DNA from: Nitrospinales bacterium
GTDB lineage: Bacteria > Nitrospinota > Nitrospinia > Nitrospinales > JAJDAT01
NCBI GenBank assembly: GCA_046757665.1
Contig: JBHHYO010000053.1
Span: 1 to 18,928 of the forward strand
Direction of reading: 5' to 3'
Length of the DNA: 18,928 nt
Part shown: piece by piece, positions 8,478 to 17,349 of the stretch
Layout of the letters: every line of letters starts with the position of its first letter
Numbering within the stretch: the stretch's first letter is position 1
The notes under the pieces: model-generated
What the model was told of the DNA's origin: nothing
The model's database searches: none
The model's input: only the letters and a program-made list of their open reading frames with translations
Made by a program: the position numbers and the translations under genes

Positions 8478-9749
8478 ATGAAAATTTTCGTCACCGTATT
8501 TTTCTTGATCGCACTGGTTTTTCCCTTGCCGCCGGGTTTTGCGGGTCCCACGGATTCGTCCAAAACGAGTTCCGAAAGGAATCGTTTTTTGGAAATGGGA
8601 CAGTCTTTATTTTTGCATTACTGCTCCCATTGTCATGGTCTCCTGGGAAGAGGAGACGGTTACAACGCCGAATTTCTGGAGAAGGAACCCGCCGACCTTT
8701 CGGACGCCGAGTTCATGAACAAGAAAAAAAATGAGCAGATTTTCCGCGTGATTCAAAAGGGCGGGGTGGGGGTGCGGAAATCTTATTTGATGCCGATTTT
8801 CGGATACACTCTTTCCGAAGAAGAAATTTGGTCCCTGGTGTCCTATGTGCGGATTCTCTCCGGCGGTCTCAAATCCGTTACCCTTCCTGGAAAAATCGGG
8901 CACGACAAGCCCAAAATGTTCAAACCGACCCATAAAGATATTCGCAATTTCTCCTCGTGGTTTTCCCGAGGGCAGGAGCAGGGTTTGATCGATGATGGAG
9001 AAAGACTGTTCAGAAAGAAGAAGAGTTGCCTGGCCTGCCACCAGATTGGGGAGGACGGGGGCCATGTCGGGCCGGATTTGACCCGCGCGGGTTTCCTGTA
9101 TCCTCCGGAGTGGTTGTATGTTTGGCTGGAAAATCCCCAGGATACAAGGCCCGAAACCAAGATGCCCAACCTGGGGCTGAGCAATGACGAGGCAAAGGCG
9201 ATTATCGCTTTCCTGGCCGACCTCAAGGGTGGAACCGAGGAGTTCCCCGATGAATGGCTGACGTACCTGGCCGTCAAAGGGGATGCCGAAAACGGCAAGA
9301 GGTTGTTTTACGACCCCAAAAGCAACGCCAATTGCATAAAGTGCCATAGCATCAACAAGAAGGGTGGCGTGGTCGGGCCGGACCTAGGATTTATCGGTAG
9401 CGCCAGAACCCTGCCTTTTCTCCTGGAATCTATCCTTGAACCCAATAAAGTAATCACGGTTGGCTTTGCCAAGGTGACTTTGTTGTTCAAGGAAAAATAT
9501 CAGGGCAAAAGAACGCTCACCGGGTCTCTGATTAATGAGGATGAATCATCCTTGGACCTTACGGACAAGGATGGAAACGCCCATCATTTTTCCAAGGATC
9601 GTATTCTGAAGGTCTTGCCCCGGCCGTCGGAAATGACGCAAGGTCGATTTAAGAAAAAACTGCGTGTAGAGGAAATTCGGGATATCCTGGCTTTTCTGGA
9701 AACTTTGGAATGGCCGGCGATGGCGGGAATTGACTTGGCGGCGCACTGA
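8478..9749 (+). CDS. Secreted tri-heme c-type cytochrome (three class-I-like domains)
   Basis: AGGAG RBS at 8465-8469 and a signal peptide. CxxCH motifs CSHCH (8622-8636), CLACH (9027-9041) and CIKCH (9333-9347) are each followed by a candidate distal Met (LMP, KMP, SEM). GPDL motifs occur in domains 2 and 3. Confidence 0.9.
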   Translation: MKIFVTVFFLIALVFPLPPGFAGPTDSSKTSSERNRFLEMGQSLFLHYCSHCHGLLGRGDGYNAEFLEKEPADLSDAEFMNKKKNEQIFRVIQKGGVGVRKSYLMPIFGYTLSEEEIWSLVSYVRILSGGLKSVTLPGKIGHDKPKMFKPTHKDIRNFSSWFSRGQEQGLIDDGERLFRKKKSCLACHQIGEDGGHVGPDLTRAGFLYPPEWLYVWLENPQDTRPETKMPNLGLSNDEAKAIIAFLADLKGGTEEFPDEWLTYLAVKGDAENGKRLFYDPKSNANCIKCHSINKKGGVVGPDLGFIGSARTLPFLLESILEPNKVITVGFAKVTLLFKEKYQGKRTLTGSLINEDESSLDLTDKDGNAHHFSKDRILKVLPRPSEMTQGRFKKKLRVEEIRDILAFLETLEWPAMAGIDLAAH

Positions 9750-9829
9750 CGGAGTTGTTTAAAAAGCCGACCTGACGGGATTTCTTCGGTGTTGTGGCCT
9801 GTCGAAGGCAGGCTTCCTATTAAACTTAA

Positions 9830-9861
9830 ATGTGGGGAACAGGTATCCCTGTTCTCCGCAT
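9830..9861 (+). terminator. Stem-loop between convergent genes, possible terminator
   Basis: ATGTGGGGAACAGG-tatc-CCTGTTCTCCGCAT forms a 14-bp stem with two G-U pairs on the plus strand. The U tract is weak. Confidence 0.5.
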
Positions 9862-9923
9862 GATGTATTGCTTGCTATTGCTCTCCAGAGTTTGCACGGT
9901 CACGCCGTGGCGTTTCAGCGCAA

Positions 9924-10787
9924 CTACTCGTCTTCTATATGCCTACGCATTTCCTCTCCCCTGTGCGTTCCGGGGACAGCCGCTTCCTCGCTGATTCGGC
10001 CTGATTTGAGCGTCTCGTAAAGCGCCCGGACGACCTCATGGCCACCGAAATCAAAATCAACGGTAATCACTGAGTTTTCGTCGACATGGACCTTCTGTTT
10101 CCGCGGTTTCATCAGATAATGCCAGGCAGTGATGACATAATCTCCGGGCGGGATGTTGTCGATTTTGTATTTGCCGTCCTCGCTGGTGAGAAAATTGTAC
10201 GGGTTCTGCACCCGGTAACCCCAGGTCTGCATGAATTCATGCATTCCGCAAATCATCTGCATGATCTTGTATTTTTTCTGGAAATGCACGATACCGTGGG
10301 AAACCTCCTCGGGCGGGATGGGGATATTTAAAATGATTTTGCCGCGCTCGCTTTGGTAAACCTGGCTGTTGTGCATGACGCTATCCTTGTTGTCCACCGT
10401 AAACGCCGCGCCTTGCCGGAGAATACTAACGTCGGGGAAGAATTTGCAATTTTTCGACAAAATGTGAATCGGGTTGTCATTAAAAGGTTTACCCGCCTCC
10501 ACGTGGTCCAGGGAAATCACGACATCCTTGAGTCCCTGATTATCGCCGGTTTTAAAATCATGCAATACCCGGTTCAAGTTCTCGTCAACGTCTATCTCGG
10601 CGCACAAGTCCAGGTTGGGAAAAAGAATCAGATGGAACATGCGATCCTCGGGCAAATCCCCGCTTAAAACGGCGCGGCCCTGAATGGTCCCGCCGTTTTT
10701 TACTTCGATCTCCTGGTAAGACCAGGCTGGGGCTGCAAGAAGGAAGGACAAAAAAATCGAACACAAAATGTTAGTTGTTTTTTCCAT
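9924..10787 (-). CDS. Secreted carboxypeptidase-regulatory-like domain protein with an embedded cupredoxin-like domain
   Basis: Start placed at ATG 10787 behind GAGGAG, with a signal peptide ending APAWS. It contains GGTIQGRAV and TSEDGKYKIDNIPPGDYVITAWH beta-sandwich motifs, plus DSVMHN and ICGMHEFM. Confidence 0.8.
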   Translation of the reverse strand: MEKTTNILCSIFLSFLLAAPAWSYQEIEVKNGGTIQGRAVLSGDLPEDRMFHLILFPNLDLCAEIDVDENLNRVLHDFKTGDNQGLKDVVISLDHVEAGKPFNDNPIHILSKNCKFFPDVSILRQGAAFTVDNKDSVMHNSQVYQSERGKIILNIPIPPEEVSHGIVHFQKKYKIMQMICGMHEFMQTWGYRVQNPYNFLTSEDGKYKIDNIPPGDYVITAWHYLMKPRKQKVHVDENSVITVDFDFGGHEVVRALYETLKSGRISEEAAVPGTHRGEEMRRHIEDE

Positions 10788-11162
10788 GTTCCAAAATCTC
10801 CTCGTCAATTTTAAGCTTGTGCAACCAAGCTCAAACTGTGAATAGTCTTTTTTGCAAATTCGTATGTTTTGGAAAAGCTGCCGCTTAAGCGTTCGTTTTT
10901 CATGGCCCGCTCTTCATACAAGAAAACCCCGAATCGACTGGGAAAAACCATAACTTTTGGAACGATTTCTTGGTAGATGATTCAAGAAACGGAAAAAGCC
11001 TATTATATTTTTGTTTTAACAGGATAAATAGTAAAAAAAAAAACGCAAATAAGTCAAGTTTAATTTCAAGAAGCCTCACGGATGTCCCTGAAGGTTTCTC
11101 GAAATCTCCCGGGTGCAATGGCAACCCATGCCCGGATTGACAACAGTTTCTTGCGGACAAAA

Positions 11163-11191
11163 TTGACTTTCTTCCGGGGTTTTTTTATCCT
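11163..11191 (+). promoter_or_regulatory. Putative sigma70 promoter of the redoxin gene
   Basis: TTGACT (11163-11168), 17 nt, TATCCT (11186-11191), about 70 nt upstream of ATG 11265. Confidence 0.5.
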
Positions 11192-11264
11192 GAGTAATAA
11201 TCGAATCTTCTGAAAAAAACTCTTCTTATTCAAGATTAACTTTTTTCCATACAATGAGGTCATT

Positions 11265-11750
11265 ATGCGAAAGGTCATCATAAGTCTGGCGATTGTTTTA
11301 TCTTTAGCAGGCTCCGCTTTGGCAAAAGCTCCGGATGTGGGCGATGAAGCCCCTGATTTCTCAGTGACTTCGCTTAAAAATAAGAAAATTTCACTGTCCA
11401 GCCTTAAAGGCAAGGTTGTTTTAATGGGAATGTTTCATATTTGCGTTCCCTGTATGCACCAGGCCATGGAATTCGAGAAAGTCCGCAAAGCCCTGCCGAC
11501 GGATAAACTTGCCATAATCGGCATCAACACATTTGGGGATTCCAGGGAAAAAGTAACGGACTATCTAAACCATTTTCCCTCTCCAGTGCATTTCCCTTAT
11601 TGTTTGGACCCGAAAACCACGGTTGACCAGGCTTATGTCCAGCGCGATATGCCAACGGTAATCATTATCGGCCCCGATGGTGTTATTCGCGCTCGTACCC
11701 CGGCTGTGGGAGCAGACCAGCTCATCCCTTATCTTAAGAAGATGCTTTGA
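11265..11750 (+). CDS. Secreted TlpA/ResA-like thiol-disulfide oxidoreductase (redoxin)
   Basis: Signal peptide (..GSALA), VGDEAPDF, LSSLKGKVVL, CVPC active site, cis-Pro MPT, IIIGPDGVIR; GAGG RBS. Confidence 0.85.
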   Translation: MRKVIISLAIVLSLAGSALAKAPDVGDEAPDFSVTSLKNKKISLSSLKGKVVLMGMFHICVPCMHQAMEFEKVRKALPTDKLAIIGINTFGDSREKVTDYLNHFPSPVHFPYCLDPKTTVDQAYVQRDMPTVIIIGPDGVIRARTPAVGADQLIPYLKKML

Positions 11751-11770
11751 TTTTCAAAGAACAAAGGAGG

Positions 11771-11791
11771 GACCAAACAACTTGTTTGGTC
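11771..11791. repeat. Perfect palindrome upstream of the MDR oxidoreductase
   Basis: GACCAAACAA-C-TTGTTTGGTC: 10-bp arms with a 1-nt centre. Confidence 0.7.
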
Positions 11792-11888
11792 GGTTTGGCG
11801 GCCGGCTCCTTACATAACGGTCCCGGTTCGGTTGCGGGCTGGGCCGGGAAATTCGCCCGAAATGTGCGGCGACCGCTCGGGAACGATC

Positions 11889-12902
11889 ATGAAAGCTTTT
11901 GAAATTCAAGGCGATTTTGGACTCGACTGTTTGAAGGAAGTCGAAAAACCCGAACCTCAGCCCGGTCCCGGAGAAATCCTGCTTCAGGTGCGAGCGGCTT
12001 CTCTCAATTACCGGGACCTCTTGACCGTGGAAGGAAGATACAATCCGCACCAGCCTTTGCCCCTGGTTCCCCTTTCGGATGGGATAGGCGAAGTGCTTGC
12101 AACCGGCGAGGGGGTTTCGCGTGTCAAAACGGGGGACCGGGTTGCCGGAATTTTCGCGCAAAAATGGCTTGCCGGGACGCCTTCAAACAGCATGTTGCAA
12201 TCGACTCTCGGCGGTCCTCTGGACGGCATGCTCACGGAAAGGATCGTCCTTCATGAGGACGGCCTGGTTCATGTCCCCGACCATTTGACAGACGAACAAG
12301 CCGCGGCGCTTCCTTGCGCCGGCGTAACTGCCTGGAACGCTCTTGTTACCGAGGGTGGTCTCAAGGCGGGCCAATCCGTTTTGATTCAGGGTACCGGCGG
12401 GGTGTCGATTTTCGCTCTCCAGTTCACCAGGATGTTTGGCGCCCGCGCCATCGTCATTTCCGCCCACGAAGAAAAACTGGCCCGCGCCAAAAATCTGGGC
12501 GCTAACGAGGTGATTCATTCTCGCGCCGTTCCGGACTGGGACAAAAAAGTCCTTGAACTTACCGACGGGTTGGGTGTCGATCACGTGGTGGAAGTAGGCG
12601 GCGCGGCAACTTTGCAAAAATCCCTCCACTCGGTTCGCTTTGGCGGCCGGATCAGCTTGATCGGAATTTTGTCGGGTATTGAAACGCAAGTTAATATCAT
12701 TTCGGTTCTGATGAAAAGGGTTCGCGTGCAAGGCATTTACGTCGGCCACCGCGAATCTTTTGAAGCCATGAACCGGGCCATCCGGGTCAGCCGCCTGGTT
12801 CCCGCCGTCGATCGTGCTTTTTCTTTTCCTGAAGCCATCGATGCCTTCCGCCATATGAAAAGCGGCAAACACTTCGGCAAAATCTGCATTCGCATGGGAT
12901 GA
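11889..12902 (+). CDS. NAD(P)-dependent medium-chain dehydrogenase/reductase (quinone oxidoreductase-like)
   Basis: PEPQPGPGEILLQVRAASLNYRD, VPLSDGIGEV, AALPCAGVTAWNAL, QGTGGVSIFALQF, GVDHVVEVGG, HFGKICI. No structural Zn four-Cys cluster. Start placed at ATG 11889. Confidence 0.9.
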   Translation: MKAFEIQGDFGLDCLKEVEKPEPQPGPGEILLQVRAASLNYRDLLTVEGRYNPHQPLPLVPLSDGIGEVLATGEGVSRVKTGDRVAGIFAQKWLAGTPSNSMLQSTLGGPLDGMLTERIVLHEDGLVHVPDHLTDEQAAALPCAGVTAWNALVTEGGLKAGQSVLIQGTGGVSIFALQFTRMFGARAIVISAHEEKLARAKNLGANEVIHSRAVPDWDKKVLELTDGLGVDHVVEVGGAATLQKSLHSVRFGGRISLIGILSGIETQVNIISVLMKRVRVQGIYVGHRESFEAMNRAIRVSRLVPAVDRAFSFPEAIDAFRHMKSGKHFGKICIRMG

Positions 12903-12975
12903 AAGGAACGATCCGATTTCTTGATCCCTTTTTTCCTCTCAAAATCCCGTTGTTTTAGCTTAGAATCTCGAACCT

Positions 12976-14139
12976 ATGCACAAGTTTTGTGGAACAAAGC
13001 GATCGGTGTTTGACCGGACGGTGACGTGGGTTTTCTTGCTCGTGGCTGTATTTCTTCCTTCCGTGGTTTGTGCTTTCGATTGGAACTTTGAGGGTCGGGC
13101 CAGGGTTGCCAGTCAGTTCATCTTTGATTCTCCTGATAGTTTTGATGATTTTGAGCGGCACGGGGAATTCCGCCTGGGCGTCAACGGAAACGTTGATCGG
13201 GGCGAGGAGTGGTCCCTCGATTACGAAATTCTGGGTGACGCCAACTACGTGGGTGGCCCGCGTCTCCAGGCGGGTTTCGCCGATGAACTGGATGCGGATT
13301 TCTTTCGCGCCTGGTTCCGCGCCGAAAAGGGGAAGTGGCGTTTCCGTGGCGGCCGCCAGGAAATTTTATTCGGAGCCGGAGCGCTATTTCGCCCCTTGGG
13401 GTTTTTCGATGCGCGCAATATCTCCGGCGTCCTGCCGCAAACCCGCGGCGTGGACGGTGCGCGCCTCAGCTACTTCCCCGATGAAACCACAACGGTTCAG
13501 GGCTGGGTGATCCCCGCAAAACAAAACGAACGATTGATCGCCGGCCTGCGCTGGGAAGGGGAAATCGGCGATTGGGAAACCGGGTTCGTTGTTCAGTATC
13601 ATCCCAAAAGCAATTTGAGCACCCTGCCGAATTTCGATTTGGAACTGCTTCAACTGGGGTATCATTTTAAAGGTGAATATGAAATCGGCTACTGGAGCGA
13701 GGGGCGGCTGGACATCGAACAGAATATCAACCGCCGTTCCCTCCGGTTCGAAAACGTGGTTGGCGCCGACTACACGTTTGACGTGGGCGACGGATTGCAT
13801 GTGTTGGTGGAATATTTTCTTTCCGCGCGTCAGCGCACTTTTCTTCCCATAGACCCGCGGGGCGACCGAACGCTTCATCAGTTGGGTTTCATGCTGGACC
13901 AGCCGGTGGGCATTGCGACCGTTTGGAGGCTGTTCGGGTTTTATGATATTTTAGACGGCAGTTTCCAGTTGGCGCCGCAAATCGAATATTCCGTGACCGA
14001 ACAGTTGTTTGTTTACCTCCAGGGCAACTGGGGAGGAAACGTTAAGGGGAACGAGGACCTGGGGCGGTTCTTCCGCAAGGCGCCCATGTTTACCGGAAGC
14101 GAATCGTCCGCCGGCTTGAGCCTGGTTTACTATTTTTGA
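12976..14139 (+). CDS. Putative outer-membrane beta-barrel protein of unknown function
   Basis: Signal peptide (..LPSVVCA) and many alternating aromatic/polar strands (GKWRFRGGRQEILFG, GVDGARLSY, LHVLVEYF, APQIEYSV). The C-terminus AGLSLVYYF ends in Phe like a BAM beta-signal. Confidence 0.72.
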   Translation: MHKFCGTKRSVFDRTVTWVFLLVAVFLPSVVCAFDWNFEGRARVASQFIFDSPDSFDDFERHGEFRLGVNGNVDRGEEWSLDYEILGDANYVGGPRLQAGFADELDADFFRAWFRAEKGKWRFRGGRQEILFGAGALFRPLGFFDARNISGVLPQTRGVDGARLSYFPDETTTVQGWVIPAKQNERLIAGLRWEGEIGDWETGFVVQYHPKSNLSTLPNFDLELLQLGYHFKGEYEIGYWSEGRLDIEQNINRRSLRFENVVGADYTFDVGDGLHVLVEYFLSARQRTFLPIDPRGDRTLHQLGFMLDQPVGIATVWRLFGFYDILDGSFQLAPQIEYSVTEQLFVYLQGNWGGNVKGNEDLGRFFRKAPMFTGSESSAGLSLVYYF

Positions 14140-14891
14140 TGGGCAATCCCAAAATCACCACTTCCGTTGACTGCCGAGAGCCGAACCAACCAATGCTCAT
14201 ATTGAATCGGGTTACCAAAACGTACCATGTGGGGATCGAGGATTTTCCGGCCTTGCAGGGCATTACCTTGAAAATCGAGTCCAGCGCTTTCATGGCTTTT
14301 GTGGGGCCGTCCGGGTCCGGAAAAACCACCTTGCTGAATTTGATCGGCGGCTTGGACCGCCCCACCAGCGGAGAGATCATTCTCAATAATCTTAATCTGA
14401 AACAGTTGCGGAATGAGGAACTGGCCGCCCTGCGGCGCGCGCAGATTGGATTCATTTTTCAATCTCACAACCTGTTGCCGGTGTACAGCATTTACGAAAA
14501 TGTCTTGTTCCCGCTTTTGCTCACCGGCAAAAAGGAATCGGAGGTGCGCGGCCGGGTGATGCAAATGGTCGAGTCGGTTGGCCTGGGCCCGCTTGCAAGA
14601 AAAAAACCTGCCGAGTTGTCCGGCGGGCAGTGTCAGCGGGCGGCTATCGCCCGCGCCCTAGTCAAACAACCGTCGCTGGTTCTGGCCGACGAGCCGACCG
14701 CCAACCTGGACACGGAAAACTCCTGCCTCATCCTGGAACTGATGCGAAATCTCAATGAAACGTACAAGGCGGCTTTTATTTTTTCCACCCACGACGAGCG
14801 GGTCATCAAGTACGTCCGCAGGGAAATCCGCCTGCAAGACGGCCAGGTGAGCCGCGACATGCGTCGAAACGGACTTGGGGTGCTGGAATGA
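14139..14891 (+). CDS. ABC transporter ATP-binding protein, LolD/MacB-NBD-like
   Basis: GPSGSGKT, IGGLDRPTSG, IGFIFQSHNLLP, LSGGQCQR, LADEPTANLD, FSTHD. The start could be 14136/14139 or ATG 14193. Confidence 0.9.
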   Translation: MGNPKITTSVDCREPNQPMLILNRVTKTYHVGIEDFPALQGITLKIESSAFMAFVGPSGSGKTTLLNLIGGLDRPTSGEIILNNLNLKQLRNEELAALRRAQIGFIFQSHNLLPVYSIYENVLFPLLLTGKKESEVRGRVMQMVESVGLGPLARKKPAELSGGQCQRAAIARALVKQPSLVLADEPTANLDTENSCLILELMRNLNETYKAAFIFSTHDERVIKYVRREIRLQDGQVSRDMRRNGLGVLE

Positions 14892-16057
14892 TTGCCGGCA
14901 TAGCCTGGAGAAACTTTTACCGGCAGGGCATTCGCGCTTGGCTGAACGTTCTGGTTACCGGGTTGACGATTGTCGCGGTGATTTTCATGCTTTCCCTGCT
15001 CAACGGATTCCAAGCCCAGGCGACGCGCAACCTGGTGAGTACGGACGTGGCGGGCGGGCATTACCGAATGCCCGGTTTCGACCTTCTTACCCCAACGGAA
15101 TGGGAGGATTTTACTTTTCCCGTGCCCGGGGCGTTGCGGGGGCTTTCGCATTCGGAGAAAGCGGAGGTCTTGCTCCAGCAGGGACAGATTTTTCCCGAAC
15201 GGCGATTGTTTCCCGTCCAGTTGCGCGGGCTGGAAATGCAACAAACCCTTCTCGACCTTCCCCTGGATAGCTTGAAATCTTACGGCGCTGAAATCGGCGC
15301 GGCCATTCCCGTCGTCCTGGGTCCGAAAATTTCCGAAAAAACGCATCTGAAAAAAGGCGATACCGTCGTTTTGAGATGGCGCGACCGGTTTGGCGCCGTG
15401 GACGCCCGCGACGTTGTGGTTCTGGACGTGGCGGATTTTATCAATCCCCGCCTCAATGACGGTATCCTCTGGATGCGGCTCGACCACCTGCGCGAAATCA
15501 CCCGGCGGCATGGGGAAGTGAGCTGGGTCGCCGTCAAAACGTATCGGGGCGTGGTGGCGGGAATGGAATTCCATTCTCCCGTTATGCTCATGAAAGATGT
15601 TCTCACTCTCCTCAAGCACGACCGCCGCAACTCGAAAATCATGTGGACGATCTTGATGTTTCTTGCCGGAATCGGCATTTTCAATACGCAGATCATGAAT
15701 GTGTTTAAACGCCAAAAGGAAATCGGCACCTTTATGGCAATGGGCATGACTCCCCGGCAGATTGCCGGGATGTTTACCCTGGAGGGCAGTTTTGCCGCCC
15801 TGGGGGCGCTGGGTGTGGCGGTGGGACTGGGTATCCCGTTTTTCATCTGGTTTCAAGGCGTGGGACTTGACCTGTCGCATTTGAGCGGAACAACCGTACC
15901 GGTGCGCGAAAGATTGTTTCTGGAATTCCGCCCGGCTGAAATCGTTACCGCCGTGACGGTGATTGTTACCGTCATGATTACCGTGGCCTGGTTGCCCGTC
16001 CGCAAAATCCTTCGCTTGGACCCGACCCTGGCGCTTCGCGGAAAGGCGGTTACATGA
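14888..16057 (+). CDS. ABC permease, LolC/E-FtsX/MacB family, subunit 1
   Basis: IAWRNF N-terminal helix, one TM, a periplasmic domain, then KRQKEIGTFMAMGM coupling helix, three TMs and LDPTLALRG C-terminus. ATGA overlap with the ATPase gene. Confidence 0.88.
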   Translation: MIAGIAWRNFYRQGIRAWLNVLVTGLTIVAVIFMLSLLNGFQAQATRNLVSTDVAGGHYRMPGFDLLTPTEWEDFTFPVPGALRGLSHSEKAEVLLQQGQIFPERRLFPVQLRGLEMQQTLLDLPLDSLKSYGAEIGAAIPVVLGPKISEKTHLKKGDTVVLRWRDRFGAVDARDVVVLDVADFINPRLNDGILWMRLDHLREITRRHGEVSWVAVKTYRGVVAGMEFHSPVMLMKDVLTLLKHDRRNSKIMWTILMFLAGIGIFNTQIMNVFKRQKEIGTFMAMGMTPRQIAGMFTLEGSFAALGALGVAVGLGIPFFIWFQGVGLDLSHLSGTTVPVRERLFLEFRPAEIVTAVTVIVTVMITVAWLPVRKILRLDPTLALRGKAVT

Positions 16058-17349
16058 TTCGCTGGATCGTTCGGGGTATCCTGCGCGACAAGACCCGGTC
16101 GCTGTTTCCTTTTCTCGTTGTCGCCGTCGGCGTGGCTCTGGTGGTCGTCCTTCTGGGGTTTATGGAGGGAATCCTCATGGGAATGCTGGACGCCACGGCC
16201 AATCTGGACACGGGCCATCTTCGCCTGGTCAATAAAGCTTTTTTCGAGGAGGAACATCTTTTGCCGATGGACCGGGCGCTGGCCGCCCAGCGCGAAACCC
16301 TCGCCTGGCTCCGGAAAAATTCCGATCCGAAAATCCGCTGGTCGCCGCGCATCCGCTGGGGGGCGATTCTGGATGTTCCCGATGAAAATGGAGAAACCGT
16401 CAGCCAGACGCCGGTGACCGGACTGGCCATCGATCTTTTTTCGCCGGACACCCCGGAGCGCACCCGGCTCAAGCTGGCCGACTCCATTACCCGGGGCCGG
16501 TTGCCGCGCCAATCCAAGGAAATGGTGATCGGCTACCAACTGGCGGAAACACTGGGGATCGAATTGGAGAAAACCATTACCTTGATCGGCCAATCCTTCG
16601 ACGGCGGTCTGGCTACCGATAATTATCGGGTCGTTGGATTTATCCGTTTCGGTGTGTTTATCATGGACAAGAAAATGGCCTTGATAGACCTCGCCGACGC
16701 CCAGGACACGTTTTACATGGAGGATATGGTTACCGATTGGCTGGGGTTTTTGCCGGCGAGCGTGCCCGTGACGGATTACGAAAAATATAAAACCGCGCTG
16801 GCGTCCCGCTTGAAAAACTGGCGGCACCCGGAATCCTGGGCCGCGGATGACGAACCGGTTGTCCTGACGATCCTGGATCAGCGGGGGCTTGGCGCATTGA
16901 CGAACAAGTTTTATGTCATTCGCAACGTCATTGTCGCCATTTTCGTGTTCCTGATGGTCCTCGTGCTTTGGAACGCGGGCCTGCTGAACGGCATCCATCG
17001 TTACGGAGAAATGGGACTGCGCCTGGCGCTCGGCGAAACGCATCGCCACCTGCTCCTGAGCCTGCTGGTCGAGGCGTTTGTGATCGGCGTCGCGGGGTCG
17101 GTCGCCGGATCGGTGGTGGGGGGCGGCGTCGTTTATTATCTCCAGGAAGTGGGAATCGATATGGGAGACAACTTCGCGCAAATGGGACTGATGCTGAGCG
17201 ATGTCGCCCGCGGGCGGTTGAGCGTTCACGGGTTCATCCAGGGGATCGTGCCCGGCATGACCGCCGGCGTCCTCGGCACCTTCATCGCCGCGCTTGGTAT
17301 CTTCAACCGCTCGGAGGCCAATCTGTTCCGCGAACTGGAGGTCGGATGA
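16054..17349 (+). CDS. ABC permease, LolC/E-FtsX/MacB family, subunit 2
   Basis: RDKTRSL N-terminus, one TM, a periplasmic domain (ITRGRLP..EMVIG..LAETLGI), and HRYGEMGLRLALG coupling helix. ATGA overlap with the previous gene. Confidence 0.88.
   Translation: MIRWIVRGILRDKTRSLFPFLVVAVGVALVVVLLGFMEGILMGMLDATANLDTGHLRLVNKAFFEEEHLLPMDRALAAQRETLAWLRKNSDPKIRWSPRIRWGAILDVPDENGETVSQTPVTGLAIDLFSPDTPERTRLKLADSITRGRLPRQSKEMVIGYQLAETLGIELEKTITLIGQSFDGGLATDNYRVVGFIRFGVFIMDKKMALIDLADAQDTFYMEDMVTDWLGFLPASVPVTDYEKYKTALASRLKNWRHPESWAADDEPVVLTILDQRGLGALTNKFYVIRNVIVAIFVFLMVLVLWNAGLLNGIHRYGEMGLRLALGETHRHLLLSLLVEAFVIGVAGSVAGSVVGGGVVYYLQEVGIDMGDNFAQMGLMLSDVARGRLSVHGFIQGIVPGMTAGVLGTFIAALGIFNRSEANLFRELEVG

Noticed and set aside
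11033-11043. A11 homopolymer in the intergenic region as a phase-variation tract
   Set aside because: It lies in generally AT-rich DNA and cannot be placed within a promoter spacer. Read-level length variation would be needed.
14633-17229. Long minus-strand ORFs (415 aa and 458 aa) opposite the permeases
   Set aside because: Antisense shadows caused by codon bias; the sense-strand genes carry clear family motifs.
16968-17345. 126-aa N-terminal extension of the LolA-like ORF
   Set aside because: It overlaps the permease in another frame and is Arg/Gly-rich noise. The signal peptide begins at 17346-17352.
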